From: a virus
Lineage: Duplodnaviria > Heunggongvirae > Uroviricota > Caudoviricetes
Virus record (IMG/VR): IMGVR_UViG_3300008108_000006
Strand: one strand, 5' to 3'
Length of the DNA: 64,000 nt
Under the pieces are notes generated by a model. It was given only the letters and a program-made list of their open reading frames with translations, was not told the origin of the DNA and did not search any database. The position numbers were made by a program, and so were the translations under genes. How positions within the stretch are numbered: position 1 is the stretch's first letter; every line of letters starts with the position of its first letter. Below, in pieces: positions 51,344 to 61,493 of this stretch.

Positions 51344-52657
51344 TTAGTCTTCTGACCTACTAATTCCTAAACTTTTTAAGAAATCATCGAACTCATCATC
51401 GCTTGGTAAATCTGAATCCGGTGGTGTTGGTGAATCGTCATCATCATAACCATAATCATCATCATCCTCATCACCTTGTTCTTTATTATACAGATATTCC
51501 TTAATCTCTTTTACCATCCTCTCAATAATCTGTTTACCTACGGGATCCTTACTATTGATAAGTTTTGCAACACGGAAAAACTCGTCAGCCTCCAATTGAA
51601 CAAATCTATTGAAGATGTAGTTTTGAATCCATCTTGCATTGTCCTCAAACACTTCCATAGGGAAAGAACTTTTTAATCTTTGCCATAATACGGGACCAAT
51701 ACGAATTTGCCACGCTTCATTTACCAATGAATCCGTCTCACTCATTACAAGTTCCGCTTGTTCCGCACTACCTGTAAAACCTCTTGAACCCATCAATTCA
51801 TAAGTACCCTTAATCATTTCGTGAATCAATACAGGGAAAAACGCCGCTCTTGCTTTAACAGTTGGGGGTGTTGTTTCAGGATCATATTCTTCAGTTCCTG
51901 CCATAGCACCACCACCACCTCCAGCAGATGCTGCTTGCATCATCTGATCAGGAATTAACCAATAGGTTGCGTCCAAAATAGACATTAACACACCATATAG
52001 ATTAGTTAATTGTGGATCAATGTTATTCAATTCAGGTGATAATAATTCAAACATATAGTGACCCTTCTTAGATGCTCCTTGGATCAATGCGTTAATATAG
52101 TGTCTTTTAGCGACTTCAGCATCGTATTTTTCAAAAGCACTCATTAAGTCCTCAATATCTTGTTCAGCTTGTTCGGGTTTAACACCAAATTGTTGTTGAA
52201 TTTCTTCCTCATCGGGTTTTTGTCCTACACCCTGAATACCCTCATTTGATACTTGACCAAAACTTACTAATTTAGCATCATACTGAACTTGATCTTCAGT
52301 TACACCTAATTCTTCTCTAACAACTTTTTCCGCCAATCTTTCTAACTCAGCCTTATTAGCAGTTTCAATACGTGATAACGTATTAACCGCAGAATAAACA
52401 GTACTCATTAGTGATTGTAAGTCACCAGGTCCAACTGACGGCATTCCAAGGTATCGTTGGATTTTTTCAACTACTTCTTTGAACCTTTCAGATGCTAATA
52501 ATTCTTCAAATGAAGATTGTTCAGTTCCTGAAGGGAATCCAGGACTATCAGAAAATGGTGTTTGTTTTGAAGCAAACTTTCTTTCAATGTCTGATGCCAT
52601 TCTTGATGGGTTATCCCCATAATCCATTGCGTCTTCGTAAATTTTTTTTCTAGCCAT
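51344..52657 (-). CDS. Hypothetical phage protein
   Basis: 437-aa ORF; contains LIHE-x-x-KG (partial zincin-like HE motif, unverified). Confidence 0.75.
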   Translation of the reverse strand: MARKKIYEDAMDYGDNPSRMASDIERKFASKQTPFSDSPGFPSGTEQSSFEELLASERFKEVVEKIQRYLGMPSVGPGDLQSLMSTVYSAVNTLSRIETANKAELERLAEKVVREELGVTEDQVQYDAKLVSFGQVSNEGIQGVGQKPDEEEIQQQFGVKPEQAEQDIEDLMSAFEKYDAEVAKRHYINALIQGASKKGHYMFELLSPELNNIDPQLTNLYGVLMSILDATYWLIPDQMMQAASAGGGGGAMAGTEEYDPETTPPTVKARAAFFPVLIHEMIKGTYELMGSRGFTGSAEQAELVMSETDSLVNEAWQIRIGPVLWQRLKSSFPMEVFEDNARWIQNYIFNRFVQLEADEFFRVAKLINSKDPVGKQIIERMVKEIKEYLYNKEQGDEDDDDYGYDDDDSPTPPDSDLPSDDEFDDFLKSLGISRSED

Positions 52658-53547
52658 TACTTTTTGTTTTTAAAGATATTTTCATATGATAAGAAATCAG
52701 GTAACTCAGGTTGGTTTTTTCCTGCTTTAGGTCTTGGTTTAACTCCTGGTTTTGGTGAAAACGGATCATTAGGATTGTCTTTTGGTTTCACAGGTGTCTT
52801 AGTCTTTTCTCTTTCCTTAGTACCCGGCTCAGCCGCTTTAGGTCTTGTTTTAATACCTGGTTTTGGTGAATACGGATCATTAGGATCGTCTTTCGGTTTT
52901 CCCGGTGTTTTGGTTTTTTCTCTTTCTTTCTCCCTTTCTTTAGTTCCAGGGTTTTGTTCCAAAATGTAATTCATAAAATCTTTTTTAGTCATTGCGGGTT
53001 TAATATGTTTTTCAACTAACGCAAAGATAAGACTTTCTACCAAACTTTCCTTAATACTCTCTTTATTTTTTTTGGATTTTTTTAACGACATTACACATCT
53101 CTCATAACTATCCATTTGTTTTTTATCCCACTCACTTCTTTCAGTGGTACCAAAAACTTTACCTAAACTACTTGTACAGATAGCAAACGGATTTAATTTT
53201 GATTTGGTTTTACCTTCCTTCATTTCATTTTCAGTTGGCATACCGTCACCATAACTATTAAATCCATCATCAGTTGCAGGTCCTACTTGTTTTGGTGATT
53301 GAGTTCTTTCACCTTTTTCAAAATCCATAGAATCCTCTTCGTCCTCTTCATATACTTGAAACGTAAGACCTTGTCTTTTGAGATTTTCAATCTCAGGTTT
53401 GTTTGAACCTTTAACCATTGTTACCGCTTCATTGATACCACCTTTTATCATTTTTTTATGTAAAAGATTTAATTTAGATTCATTAAGACTATTTAACGTC
53501 TTAAATGAAAATCCGTTTCTCATCAAATCAATAATTTTCTTATTCAT
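52657..53547 (-). CDS. Hypothetical protein with C-terminal Pro/Lys repeat
   Basis: Two copies of PGTKEREK...P-x-KPKD-x-PNDP-x-SPKPG-x-K-x-RPKA. Confidence 0.75.
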   Translation of the reverse strand: MNKKIIDLMRNGFSFKTLNSLNESKLNLLHKKMIKGGINEAVTMVKGSNKPEIENLKRQGLTFQVYEEDEEDSMDFEKGERTQSPKQVGPATDDGFNSYGDGMPTENEMKEGKTKSKLNPFAICTSSLGKVFGTTERSEWDKKQMDSYERCVMSLKKSKKNKESIKESLVESLIFALVEKHIKPAMTKKDFMNYILEQNPGTKEREKEREKTKTPGKPKDDPNDPYSPKPGIKTRPKAAEPGTKEREKTKTPVKPKDNPNDPFSPKPGVKPRPKAGKNQPELPDFLSYENIFKNKK

Positions 53548-53935
53548 AGATTATTTCTTTTTCAAATTCAAGGACCAAGTCCCTTTCATATAGTTTATCT
53601 TTTATTTCTTTTTCATCTTCTCCAAACCTGAAAACCAAACGAGAATTATCCTCACAAGATTCATCTGTTTCATACGCCAAACATATAATGTCTTCCATTG
53701 CATCGGACACACTAAAAAACAAAGAGTTCTGAACTAACTCCAAGTCAACTTGTGTATTTTTCAGAACTCCTACTTTTTTTATGTTTTGTAGATCAGGTGG
53801 TGATGGTGTCCCGTTAGCCGGTCTATCATCCCAACCTTCACCCCAAACATCATATGTTTCACTGAATATAAATTCATACATTTTATCACCCTTGTAATTA
53901 GACCCTAGTCCATTCACATAGATCAAATGACTCAT
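53540..53935 (-). CDS. Hypothetical phage protein
   Basis: 131 aa, overlaps both neighbours. Confidence 0.75.
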   Translation of the reverse strand: MSHLIYVNGLGSNYKGDKMYEFIFSETYDVWGEGWDDRPANGTPSPPDLQNIKKVGVLKNTQVDLELVQNSLFFSVSDAMEDIICLAYETDESCEDNSRLVFRFGEDEKEIKDKLYERDLVLEFEKEIIYE

Positions 53936-55101
53936 GAAATTACACCCTTAGTTGTTACTTTATAACTTTCAGTATTTGATTCAAATACCAAACTTCCTTT
54001 ATTGGTTTTACCAATGAACCTATAATTAGGATTTTCTGCGGCAAATTTCTTAGCAGTGAATTCTTGCTCATAAGTTTCAGAAAGTCGTAAAATTTCATTC
54101 ATTTTATTTTTTTTGATGTGGTTTTCCCTAATCATCTTATTCTTTTTCAAGGTCTTATCAATTTTACCTTCTTTGAAATATTTTGTTAATACCTTATCAA
54201 CTGTTGATTCCGAAAATAACTCATCCAATACTCTATCAATTCCATAAGTTTCGGTTGGTTCTTCCATATCTAATCCATTATCCATTTCTTCACCACCTAA
54301 ATCCAACTCAGAATCACCATCCATACCCATATCCATGTCACTTTCAATACCCTCAAATTTTGACATAATATCTTCTCTATCATCTTCATCTAATTTAGAT
54401 AAATCTAATGCTGAGATAATTGAGTTTAGAACGTATTTCATTTGTTGTGAATCTAATGGTTCTGATGACTCTAATGTTCTTAATTTTTGTCCTAATTTAC
54501 CAACCAACTTTTGGATTTGTCTGTAAGATACTTCTTCACCATCCATTTCAGGTTCTGGCATCATTTCATCACCCATATCAGACATCATATCATCTCCCAT
54601 TTCAGGTTCTGGCATCATTTCATCTCCCATTTCAGGCTCGGGTAGTGGCATATCTTCAACCGGCATAGGTTCTGATGGTGGTATTGACTCCGCAGGTAAT
54701 TCGGCGGGTAATTCCAACTTAGGTTTTGGTGTCTTCAAAACAAACTTTTTCTGTTCTCCTAATAGTGGTGTTTCACCATCAAAACCCGCAAGTCTATTAC
54801 TTTCCTTAATAATTAAATTAAGTTTTTTCATTGCTTGAGAATAAGAACGGAAATATGTTCTGTTTTTCATTGGTTCTAGATAATCAACTGATTCATTGAT
54901 TTCTTGTTTAATAACGTATCCTAATTTTTCTTTAACGATATCATATTTAACACCATCAACAGATTTAAAAGAAAATGTATCTTTTGAAGTCTCATTTACA
55001 GGTTGTGGAATGTTTTCATTGTATTTTGCAATTTCCAACATTCTGTGGATTTTTTCCATACCTTGTAATTTTTCACTACCGATTGGTTTTAATTTGCTCA
55101 T
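53932..55101 (-). CDS. Hypothetical acidic protein with MMPEPEMGD repeats (possible head core protein)
   Basis: 389 aa; repeats at about 54540-54640. Confidence 0.75.
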   Translation of the reverse strand: MSKLKPIGSEKLQGMEKIHRMLEIAKYNENIPQPVNETSKDTFSFKSVDGVKYDIVKEKLGYVIKQEINESVDYLEPMKNRTYFRSYSQAMKKLNLIIKESNRLAGFDGETPLLGEQKKFVLKTPKPKLELPAELPAESIPPSEPMPVEDMPLPEPEMGDEMMPEPEMGDDMMSDMGDEMMPEPEMDGEEVSYRQIQKLVGKLGQKLRTLESSEPLDSQQMKYVLNSIISALDLSKLDEDDREDIMSKFEGIESDMDMGMDGDSELDLGGEEMDNGLDMEEPTETYGIDRVLDELFSESTVDKVLTKYFKEGKIDKTLKKNKMIRENHIKKNKMNEILRLSETYEQEFTAKKFAAENPNYRFIGKTNKGSLVFESNTESYKVTTKGVIS

Positions 55102-55118
55102 ATTATTATAATATTTAA

Positions 55119-55307
55119 TTAACTATTTAGTCCGTTACCGCTACCTATTAACACCGCATTACCTTGTGTTACAGAATCACCGTTAGCATTTATGTAAATA
55201 GGTCTAGGTGTTCCACCAGCAATAACATTTGCCGAGGTAGATCCACTCCAAACACCGGTATCATACAAGGTACCGTTTGGGTAGGTAGAAGCTGTGATTG
55301 ATGCCAT
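55119..55307 (-). CDS. Small Gly/Ser/Thr-rich protein (possible virion decoration protein)
   Basis: 62 aa; double TATTTAT upstream. Confidence 0.65.
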   Translation of the reverse strand: MASITASTYPNGTLYDTGVWSGSTSANVIAGGTPRPIYINANGDSVTQGNAVLIGSGNGLNS

Positions 55308-55353
55308 AACTATTTTTTATAAATAAATAGTATGTAAATGAATAAAATTTTAA

Positions 55354-56106
55354 TTATTCTTTACTTTCTATCATTTCTTTTTCAACTGACAACTTTTTGG
55401 TCTCTAATTCGTTTGGTAAATCTATCAACTTCTCTAAATATCCTCGTCTTCTTAAAAACTTATAAACCAAATTTTCTAAGGACATTTCATCCTTTTCAAG
55501 ACCAGATTTTCTATAATTCTTAAGTTGATCTTTCAACTTTGAAATTAATTCTTTTCCTTTTTCTAAACTTAATGTTTTAACATTTTTCTCCAACGTATCA
55601 ATTTTGTCCATCCAATGTTTTGATTTTGAAATAATTTCGGTTTCATCTACCTTAACATCTAATGATTGTGGTTCCACTAACCATTTATCATACATTAACG
55701 AATAAACACCACCCGATGTATGGTTCTCATCAATATCTTGAACATAAACCTCAACAGGATAGTTTTTAATTTTAATTGTGTGTTTTAGATTATATAATAA
55801 TTTTTTAGAATCAAATAAGTTTTTTAATACTTCATGTTCTGATTTTTTGAATTGATCAAAATCAACTAGTAGGTGTAGATCAAAATCCGAATATTGACTC
55901 CAATTGTAATTGGCTAATGATCCTGTCAAAATAACATCATCCATTAAAAATTCCACTTTAATAGTATCGTAAAAGGAACTAGCCACCTTTAACAAACCCT
56001 TTCTTACATTAGGGTTCATTTTATATTCACCATCAACCTCTTCCCAAATTTTAGGATTAAGTTCTTTTTGTGGTTGGAACGATTTTGCTATATTTGTATT
56101 ATCCAT
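55354..56106 (-). CDS. Pol-beta-superfamily nucleotidyltransferase
   Basis: ILTGSLANY...SDFDLH and a third acidic strand VEVYVQD; ATG at 56106 with TATTTAT 4 nt upstream. Confidence 0.8.
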   Translation of the reverse strand: MDNTNIAKSFQPQKELNPKIWEEVDGEYKMNPNVRKGLLKVASSFYDTIKVEFLMDDVILTGSLANYNWSQYSDFDLHLLVDFDQFKKSEHEVLKNLFDSKKLLYNLKHTIKIKNYPVEVYVQDIDENHTSGGVYSLMYDKWLVEPQSLDVKVDETEIISKSKHWMDKIDTLEKNVKTLSLEKGKELISKLKDQLKNYRKSGLEKDEMSLENLVYKFLRRRGYLEKLIDLPNELETKKLSVEKEMIESKE

Positions 56107-56125
56107 AATGATAAATATATCATCA

Positions 56126-56368
56126 TTAGATCTTTGTGTATTTGTATTGTTTTGCAATCTCGGAATTAAAATATTTTCCTTGGGATTCTGATAGTTTGAA
56201 TCTTGCCATTGATGCGTGTGGAACTCCTTCGTATTTGTATTTTGTTCCGTTCTTAAACTCAACAATTAATTCTTGTGTTGCAGTATCGTAGTCTGCTTTG
56301 GTAATGTTTGAAGATTCTATCTCATATAGAATTCTTGTTCCTTCAATTATTTGTTTCTTTATCGCCAT
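56126..56368 (-). CDS. KTSC-domain protein
   Basis: SSNI-x3-YD-x5-L-x-VEF-x-NG-x2-Y-x-Y-x-GVP...S-x-GKYFN-x2-I. Confidence 0.9.
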   Translation of the reverse strand: MAIKKQIIEGTRILYEIESSNITKADYDTATQELIVEFKNGTKYKYEGVPHASMARFKLSESQGKYFNSEIAKQYKYTKI

Positions 56369-56510
56369 TTTTTAATCTATTATATTTGTATTCAAGATAT
56401 GCCATAGCATCATTAATATCAATATCAAAACCATATATTGAAGCTGTTAATAACAATTTTTTCCAAGTTCGTTTAAATTTTTCTTCCCTGTTATAATTTT
56501 TTTGCTTCAT
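56343..56510 (-). CDS. Small hypothetical protein (55 aa; below the ORF-track cutoff)
   Basis: MKQKNYNREEKFKRTWKKLL...NN*; TATTTAT 4 nt upstream. Confidence 0.55.
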   Translation of the reverse strand: MKQKNYNREEKFKRTWKKLLLTASIYGFDIDINDAMAYLEYKYNRLKNGDKETNN

Positions 56511-56530
56511 AAAAATAAATACACCAAGTG

Positions 56531-56561
56531 TTGGATAAATGGAATTGTTGGTTTATCTTTG
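56531..56561 (+). promoter_or_regulatory. Bacteroidota-type sigma70 promoter for clpC
   Basis: TTG, 20 nt, TATCTTTG (56554-56561). Confidence 0.7.
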
Positions 56562-56577
56562 TAAAAAATTCTTTTAT

Positions 56578-58593
56578 ATGACAGAACATTTTGATGAAAA
56601 CGACGGACAAGGAAAATCCAAATTGAAACAAGCATCCACTTCAGACACACCTGTTTTGGATAATTTTAGTAAAGATTTGATGAAACTTGCGTCAGAAGGA
56701 AAATTGGATCCGGTAATTGGTCGAGAACAAGAGATTGACCGAATTGCCCAAATCCTTTCAAGAAGAAAGAAGAACAACCCAATCATCATCGGTGAACCTG
56801 GTTGTGGTAAAACCGCAATTGTTGAAGGTCTTGCTATGAAGATTTTCAAAGGGGAATGTCCAAGAAGTTTATTGGATAAGCGGATTGTACTTTTGGACCT
56901 TACCTCTATTGTTGCAGGAACAAAATACCGAGGACAATTTGAGGAACGATTGAAGGTTATCTTGGAAGAGATCACCAACAACAAGAACATTGTTGTGTTC
57001 ATTGATGAGATTCACACCTTAGTAGGTGCAGGTAATTCATCAGGATCTATGGACGCATCCAACATCTTCAAACCCGCACTTGCTCGTGGTGAATTACAAT
57101 GTATTGGTGCCACCACATTGGACGAATACCGAACAAACTTTGAGAAGGACGGCGCATTAGAAAGACGATTCCAAAAAATTGTGGTTGATGCACCAAACAA
57201 AGACCAAACCTTAGAGATCTTAAAACAATCCAAAGACAAATATGAAGATTACCACAAGGTAATTTATTCAGATGAAATCTTAAACCTATGTGTTAATCTT
57301 GCGGATCGTTACATTACAGATCGAGAATTCCCCGACAAAGCATTTGACATTCTTGATGAAGTTGGTGCCAAAAGTCAGATTGAGATTAAGATGCCTGAAG
57401 CAATTGAAAAACTCAAAGAACAAGCAGCTGAGATCAAACGTTTGAAACAGAATGTTGTTAAACAACAGGATTATGAACAAGCGGCAGAACTTAGAGACCG
57501 AGAGCGGAAAGTAATTTCCAAATTGGAAGAAGAGAAGAAGAAGTTTGAGGGTGAGATGAATCTTCACAAGAAAGTAATTATCCCTGAACTTGTGTTAGAG
57601 GTCGTATCCAATATGACAAAAATTCCTGTGAATAAACTTAACTTGGATGATAAGAATTCATTGTTGAGTTTGGAATCAGATTTATCACAATCGGTTATCG
57701 GACAATCTGAAGCGGTTACCAAAATTGCAAAAGCGATTAGAAGAAACCGTTTAGGTATTAAGGACCCAAACAGACCGATCGGATCATTCATTTTCTTGGG
57801 TTCCACCGGTGTTGGTAAAACTCATTTGGCAAAACAATTAGCAAGACAAGTGTTCGGATCTCCCGACGCACTAATCCGTGTTGATATGTCAGAATACCAA
57901 GAAAAACACACCATCTCAAAATTGATTGGTTCTCCTCCCGGATATGTTGGTCACGATGAAGGTGGTCAGTTAACCGAACAAGTAAAAAACAAACCATATT
58001 CTGTTATCCTATTTGATGAGGTTGAGAAGGCAAACAAGGAAATCTTCAACACCCTACTTCAAATGTTAGATGAAGGACACTTAACTGATAGTCTCGGTAG
58101 AAAGATTAACTTCAAAAATACCTTGATTATTATGACAACCAATCTCGGTGCTAAGAAGGTACAAGAGTTCGGAACGGGTATCGGTTTCTCCACCACAAGT
58201 AAGTCAATGATTGATGAGAGAAAAAAGGACATCATCACCAAAGAATTGAAAAACTTCTTCTCACCCGAGTTCCTAAACCGAGTTGATGAGATGGTTGTGT
58301 TTAATTCATTAAACCACGAGGATATCGTTAAGATTGTGGATGTTGAGATGAAAAAATTGATCGACCGTCTTTCAGAGATGAAATACAAATTTACCTACGA
58401 TCAATCAATCGTTGAACACATCTCAAAGGTTGGATACGATGAACAGTATGGGGCACGTCCTCTCAAACGAGCAATCCAAGATGAGATTGAAGATCTAATC
58501 TCCGAAGAGGTATTGAAAGGTTCCGTAAAAGAGAACTCCAAATACAAACTCACCATTAAAGATGATAAGGTATCAATAACGAAAAGTCGGTAA
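56578..58593 (+). CDS. clpC: ClpC/ClpA-type AAA+ unfoldase lacking the N-terminal Clp-repeat domain
   Basis: Two AAA modules ([12 protein letters not shown]; [12 protein letters not shown]), UVR-like middle domain ([13 protein letters not shown]), ClpP-docking IGF loop. Confidence 0.9.
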   Translation: MTEHFDENDGQGKSKLKQASTSDTPVLDNFSKDLMKLASEGKLDPVIGREQEIDRIAQILSRRKKNNPIIIGEPGCGKTAIVEGLAMKIFKGECPRSLLDKRIVLLDLTSIVAGTKYRGQFEERLKVILEEITNNKNIVVFIDEIHTLVGAGNSSGSMDASNIFKPALARGELQCIGATTLDEYRTNFEKDGALERRFQKIVVDAPNKDQTLEILKQSKDKYEDYHKVIYSDEILNLCVNLADRYITDREFPDKAFDILDEVGAKSQIEIKMPEAIEKLKEQAAEIKRLKQNVVKQQDYEQAAELRDRERKVISKLEEEKKKFEGEMNLHKKVIIPELVLEVVSNMTKIPVNKLNLDDKNSLLSLESDLSQSVIGQSEAVTKIAKAIRRNRLGIKDPNRPIGSFIFLGSTGVGKTHLAKQLARQVFGSPDALIRVDMSEYQEKHTISKLIGSPPGYVGHDEGGQLTEQVKNKPYSVILFDEVEKANKEIFNTLLQMLDEGHLTDSLGRKINFKNTLIIMTTNLGAKKVQEFGTGIGFSTTSKSMIDERKKDIITKELKNFFSPEFLNRVDEMVVFNSLNHEDIVKIVDVEMKKLIDRLSEMKYKFTYDQSIVEHISKVGYDEQYGARPLKRAIQDEIEDLISEEVLKGSVKENSKYKLTIKDDKVSITKSR

Positions 58594-58595
58594 AT

Positions 58596-58624
58596 AAAAA
58601 AGGGGGTTTTTAACCCCCTTTTTT
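58596..58624. terminator. Bidirectional intrinsic terminator
   Basis: A-run, GGGGGTT-TTT-AACCCCC, T-run. Confidence 0.85.
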
Positions 58625-58626
58625 TG

Positions 58627-59454
58627 TTAGAATGGATATGAATATTTTGGTTTATCCACTTTATACTCGTGCTTACGATAACCTAATTCTCGGATCATCT
58701 CTGACGCTGTGTGGATGGAACGTTGTAAGTCCTCAACCACAACATACTCGTGTGGGGTGTGGTAATCATAATACCCCGCAGCGATATTAACACAAGCAAA
58801 ATCAAATTTAAGTTTTAACTGTGATACATCGGTATAAGGATGAACCATATATTGGTAATAGGTAAAGTTCTTTTCCAACACACGATCCATAATCTCAAAG
58901 AATTCAGATTCACGATCAAATAAACGAATACCTGAACAAACCTCAGTGATCATCCAATTCTCAGGACCATCAAACTGAATGGCGTAGGCAACATCCTCAA
59001 AAAAGATTGGATCCGCATTTCTCGATCCAATACATCCAATTTCTTCAGTTACAAAAAACGCCGCTTTTACGTGGGGTTCATTTAACAACATTTGCATACA
59101 CCCAAAAATACCACATTTATCATCACCACCAATACCGGTTGGTGTGGTTAATGTTTCGTCGGTATATCCTTTTAATGCGAATTTTCTGGTTTCATCGGCA
59201 TCAAATAGCATTTCCTCATTTACAAATATTGGTCGGATTGCGTGTACAGTATCGGTGTGTGCAACAACACAAGGGTATGGTTTGTCTTCATAACCTTCAC
59301 TCGTCTTGGTTGCATAGATATTAAACAACTCATCCACATAAAATGGAATATTGTTTTCGTTTAACCAATTGACGATAAACTTTACCATCTCACCCTCTTC
59401 ACGATAATGACTCGGAACGGATAGCAAAGATTTTAATAACTCTAAATTGTTCAT
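58627..59454 (-). CDS. M20/M28-clan zinc peptidase
   Basis: AHTDTVH, GGDDKCG, EEIG, QFD, C-terminal YHT-x-x-E. Confidence 0.85.
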   Translation of the reverse strand: MNNLELLKSLLSVPSHYREEGEMVKFIVNWLNENNIPFYVDELFNIYATKTSEGYEDKPYPCVVAHTDTVHAIRPIFVNEEMLFDADETRKFALKGYTDETLTTPTGIGGDDKCGIFGCMQMLLNEPHVKAAFFVTEEIGCIGSRNADPIFFEDVAYAIQFDGPENWMITEVCSGIRLFDRESEFFEIMDRVLEKNFTYYQYMVHPYTDVSQLKLKFDFACVNIAAGYYDYHTPHEYVVVEDLQRSIHTASEMIRELGYRKHEYKVDKPKYSYPF

Positions 59455-59470
59455 ATAAATTTGTTTTGCA

Positions 59471-59502
59471 CAAAGATAGTGCAAAAGTTTTCAACATCCA
59501 AA
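59471..59502 (-). promoter_or_regulatory. Bacteroidota-type sigma70 promoter
   Basis: TTTG, 20 nt, TATCTTTG on the - strand. Confidence 0.75.
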
Positions 59503-59503
59503 C

Positions 59504-61273
59504 TTATTCTTCAAATTCATCAAATAATGTCGGATTATATATAAAGTCAATAAACCCTCGGAAGGTAGGTGCCATTCTTTTTCTCTCGTTATCTGAATCT
59601 CTAATCATATCAAACGTTACAGTCCCATCTTCCGGATCAATTTCAAGAATTCGGAAAGAGTATTTATCACTTCTTGGGATTTTATATGTTCCCTTAACTT
59701 TATAGTTATTTTTTCTCAAAAACTCAATAAACTCTAACGCTTCAGGACTATTATCTTCTTCTATTTTTTCTAATATATTTTCTAAATGTGATTCAATGTA
59801 ATTATTAAAACCATCAGAATCAAAATCACCCTGATACTCGTAGATATAATCCTCACTAAAATCTAATTCTCCGTCCAATTTTTTACTTAACAGTTCAATT
59901 ACTGACAAATTTTCAGCATCCGATGTTAAAAATAAAGTCGCTAACGTAGTTCCCATAATACTAAATTTCCAAACATCAGATCTTCTATTATTGTCTTCAA
60001 CATATTCAAACCCCAAATTTTCCATTTCTTTAATGATGGAAGAGTTGATCTGTTCTCTGGCACCTTCTTCAAATGATTGATCATTTAATGTTGTGTATTC
60101 ACTAATAATATAATCAACATCCCTCTCATATAGATCGTTTAATTTATCTATAAATTCATTCATTTCTTTAGTGCTAATCCATTCATTAATATCCGGTATT
60201 AATATCTCAGGTTTAATATATGAAGCAATCTTTTTCAAGAGTTCCATATTTGATTCATTAAAATGCCTAAAAACGTATCCGTCCCTAAAATCATACCAAC
60301 CATCTGTATGCTCATATGAAGAATATGAGTGATAAACTTGTTGAATTGACCTTTGTTCATAATCATCCTCAATACCAAATACCTTCATAATTTCATCCAA
60401 ATCTAATTTCACTTCAACAACAGGGTACCACATACCTAACTGACTTAAATTATTAGTGTTACGATCTAAAAGGTATTGGTTTCCGGTAATTAAATACATT
60501 GACAAATTAATATAATCTTGAGAATTTTTTGACAATTTTCCAATAACTTCCATTAATTCAGGAAATTCTTTTTCCAATGTTTTAACACTACTCTTGTTGT
60601 TTTTAGAATCAAATACTTCAGTTTCGGAACCATCATTTGATACAAATAATGCCCATTTTCCATCAGGCTCACCTTTTTTAATGAAGTAATATAAATTACC
60701 ATTTTTGAAGTGTCTATCAAACTCATCGGAAGATGTGCTAGTTGTACACCATCTAGTTTCAGCACCATAATAACAAGAAGATTTCAAGGTCATAGGCTGA
60801 ACTACTAATATATTTTCATCTTCATAAATCTTCTTAGCGTCTTTCTTTATTTCTTTCTCTAATTCAGATTTACTCTTATTTTTTTCCAAAAAATTCCTTA
60901 TCCTAAATAAATCGTTTGATGTGTAACTAAAAATGTCTTTAGGATTTTCAATTGCCTTATCTATATCAGATAATGGATAATTATCGTGTATTTTACTAAC
61001 TAACTCAGGTGTTAGTCTATTATAATTTCGTTCAAAATATGGTAAATTACGATACCATTCCGTAATTAAATCAATCTGTGAAGATGATAAATAATCACCA
61101 CCATAAAATTCAATATCGTTGTTTAAGTTTTTCTCAATCCATTGAGCGTATTTACTGTCAGGTGTGTCAAACTCAAATATTTTACTAACCATGTTAATTA
61201 GATTAGGATATTTTTTGATAATGCTACGCATTGATCTATCTTTTTTACTCTCTAAAATAATTTTCTTACTCAT
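59504..61273 (-). CDS. Hypothetical large-phage protein with an SCYYG-x-x-T-x-WCT domain
   Basis: 589-aa ORF; TATTTAT 5 nt upstream. Confidence 0.75.
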   Translation of the reverse strand: MSKKIILESKKDRSMRSIIKKYPNLINMVSKIFEFDTPDSKYAQWIEKNLNNDIEFYGGDYLSSSQIDLITEWYRNLPYFERNYNRLTPELVSKIHDNYPLSDIDKAIENPKDIFSYTSNDLFRIRNFLEKNKSKSELEKEIKKDAKKIYEDENILVVQPMTLKSSCYYGAETRWCTTSTSSDEFDRHFKNGNLYYFIKKGEPDGKWALFVSNDGSETEVFDSKNNKSSVKTLEKEFPELMEVIGKLSKNSQDYINLSMYLITGNQYLLDRNTNNLSQLGMWYPVVEVKLDLDEIMKVFGIEDDYEQRSIQQVYHSYSSYEHTDGWYDFRDGYVFRHFNESNMELLKKIASYIKPEILIPDINEWISTKEMNEFIDKLNDLYERDVDYIISEYTTLNDQSFEEGAREQINSSIIKEMENLGFEYVEDNNRRSDVWKFSIMGTTLATLFLTSDAENLSVIELLSKKLDGELDFSEDYIYEYQGDFDSDGFNNYIESHLENILEKIEEDNSPEALEFIEFLRKNNYKVKGTYKIPRSDKYSFRILEIDPEDGTVTFDMIRDSDNERKRMAPTFRGFIDFIYNPTLFDEFEE

Positions 61274-61286
61274 AATTAATAAATAC

Positions 61287-61317
61287 TTGTAAATGTGAGA
61301 ATAGATATTTATCTTTG
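61287..61317 (+). promoter_or_regulatory. tmRNA promoter: host-type element overlapping the TATTTAT motif
   Basis: TTG, 20 nt, TATCTTTG (61310-61317), overlapping TATTTAT (61306-61312). Confidence 0.7.
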
Positions 61318-61427
61318 TATTAGTTCTTTGAAATTATGGGGGCGACATGGAATCGACTGGTAGAATAAGGCGGTAAATGCACTTCGAGGCTGAATTAACC
61401 TTGTAAAACTGATTCAAAACAATAGCT

Positions 61428-61493
61428 GGCGACGTATTCGCAAACATGGAAACTTTAGGTCTTCTTAAAGGTTCTGAAGTAGCAGTAGCCTAA
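61428..61493 (+). other. tmRNA tag reading frame (A)GDVFANMETLGLLKGSEVAVA*
   Basis: Resume codon GGC after AATAGCT; 21 codons ending GTA GCC TAA. Confidence 0.75.

Noticed and set aside
52680-54660. Short direct repeats as a possible CRISPR array
   Set aside because: They are in-frame coding repeats (PGTKEREK, MMPEPEMGD) with no repeat-spacer regularity and no cas genes
56107-56265. N-terminal extension of the nucleotidyltransferase in the ORF track
   Set aside because: Overlaps the KTSC gene; the ATG at 56106 has the TATTTAT motif directly upstream
56578-58593. ClpB annotation
   Set aside because: Short UVR-type middle domain and an IGF loop indicate a ClpP-partnering ClpC/ClpA type
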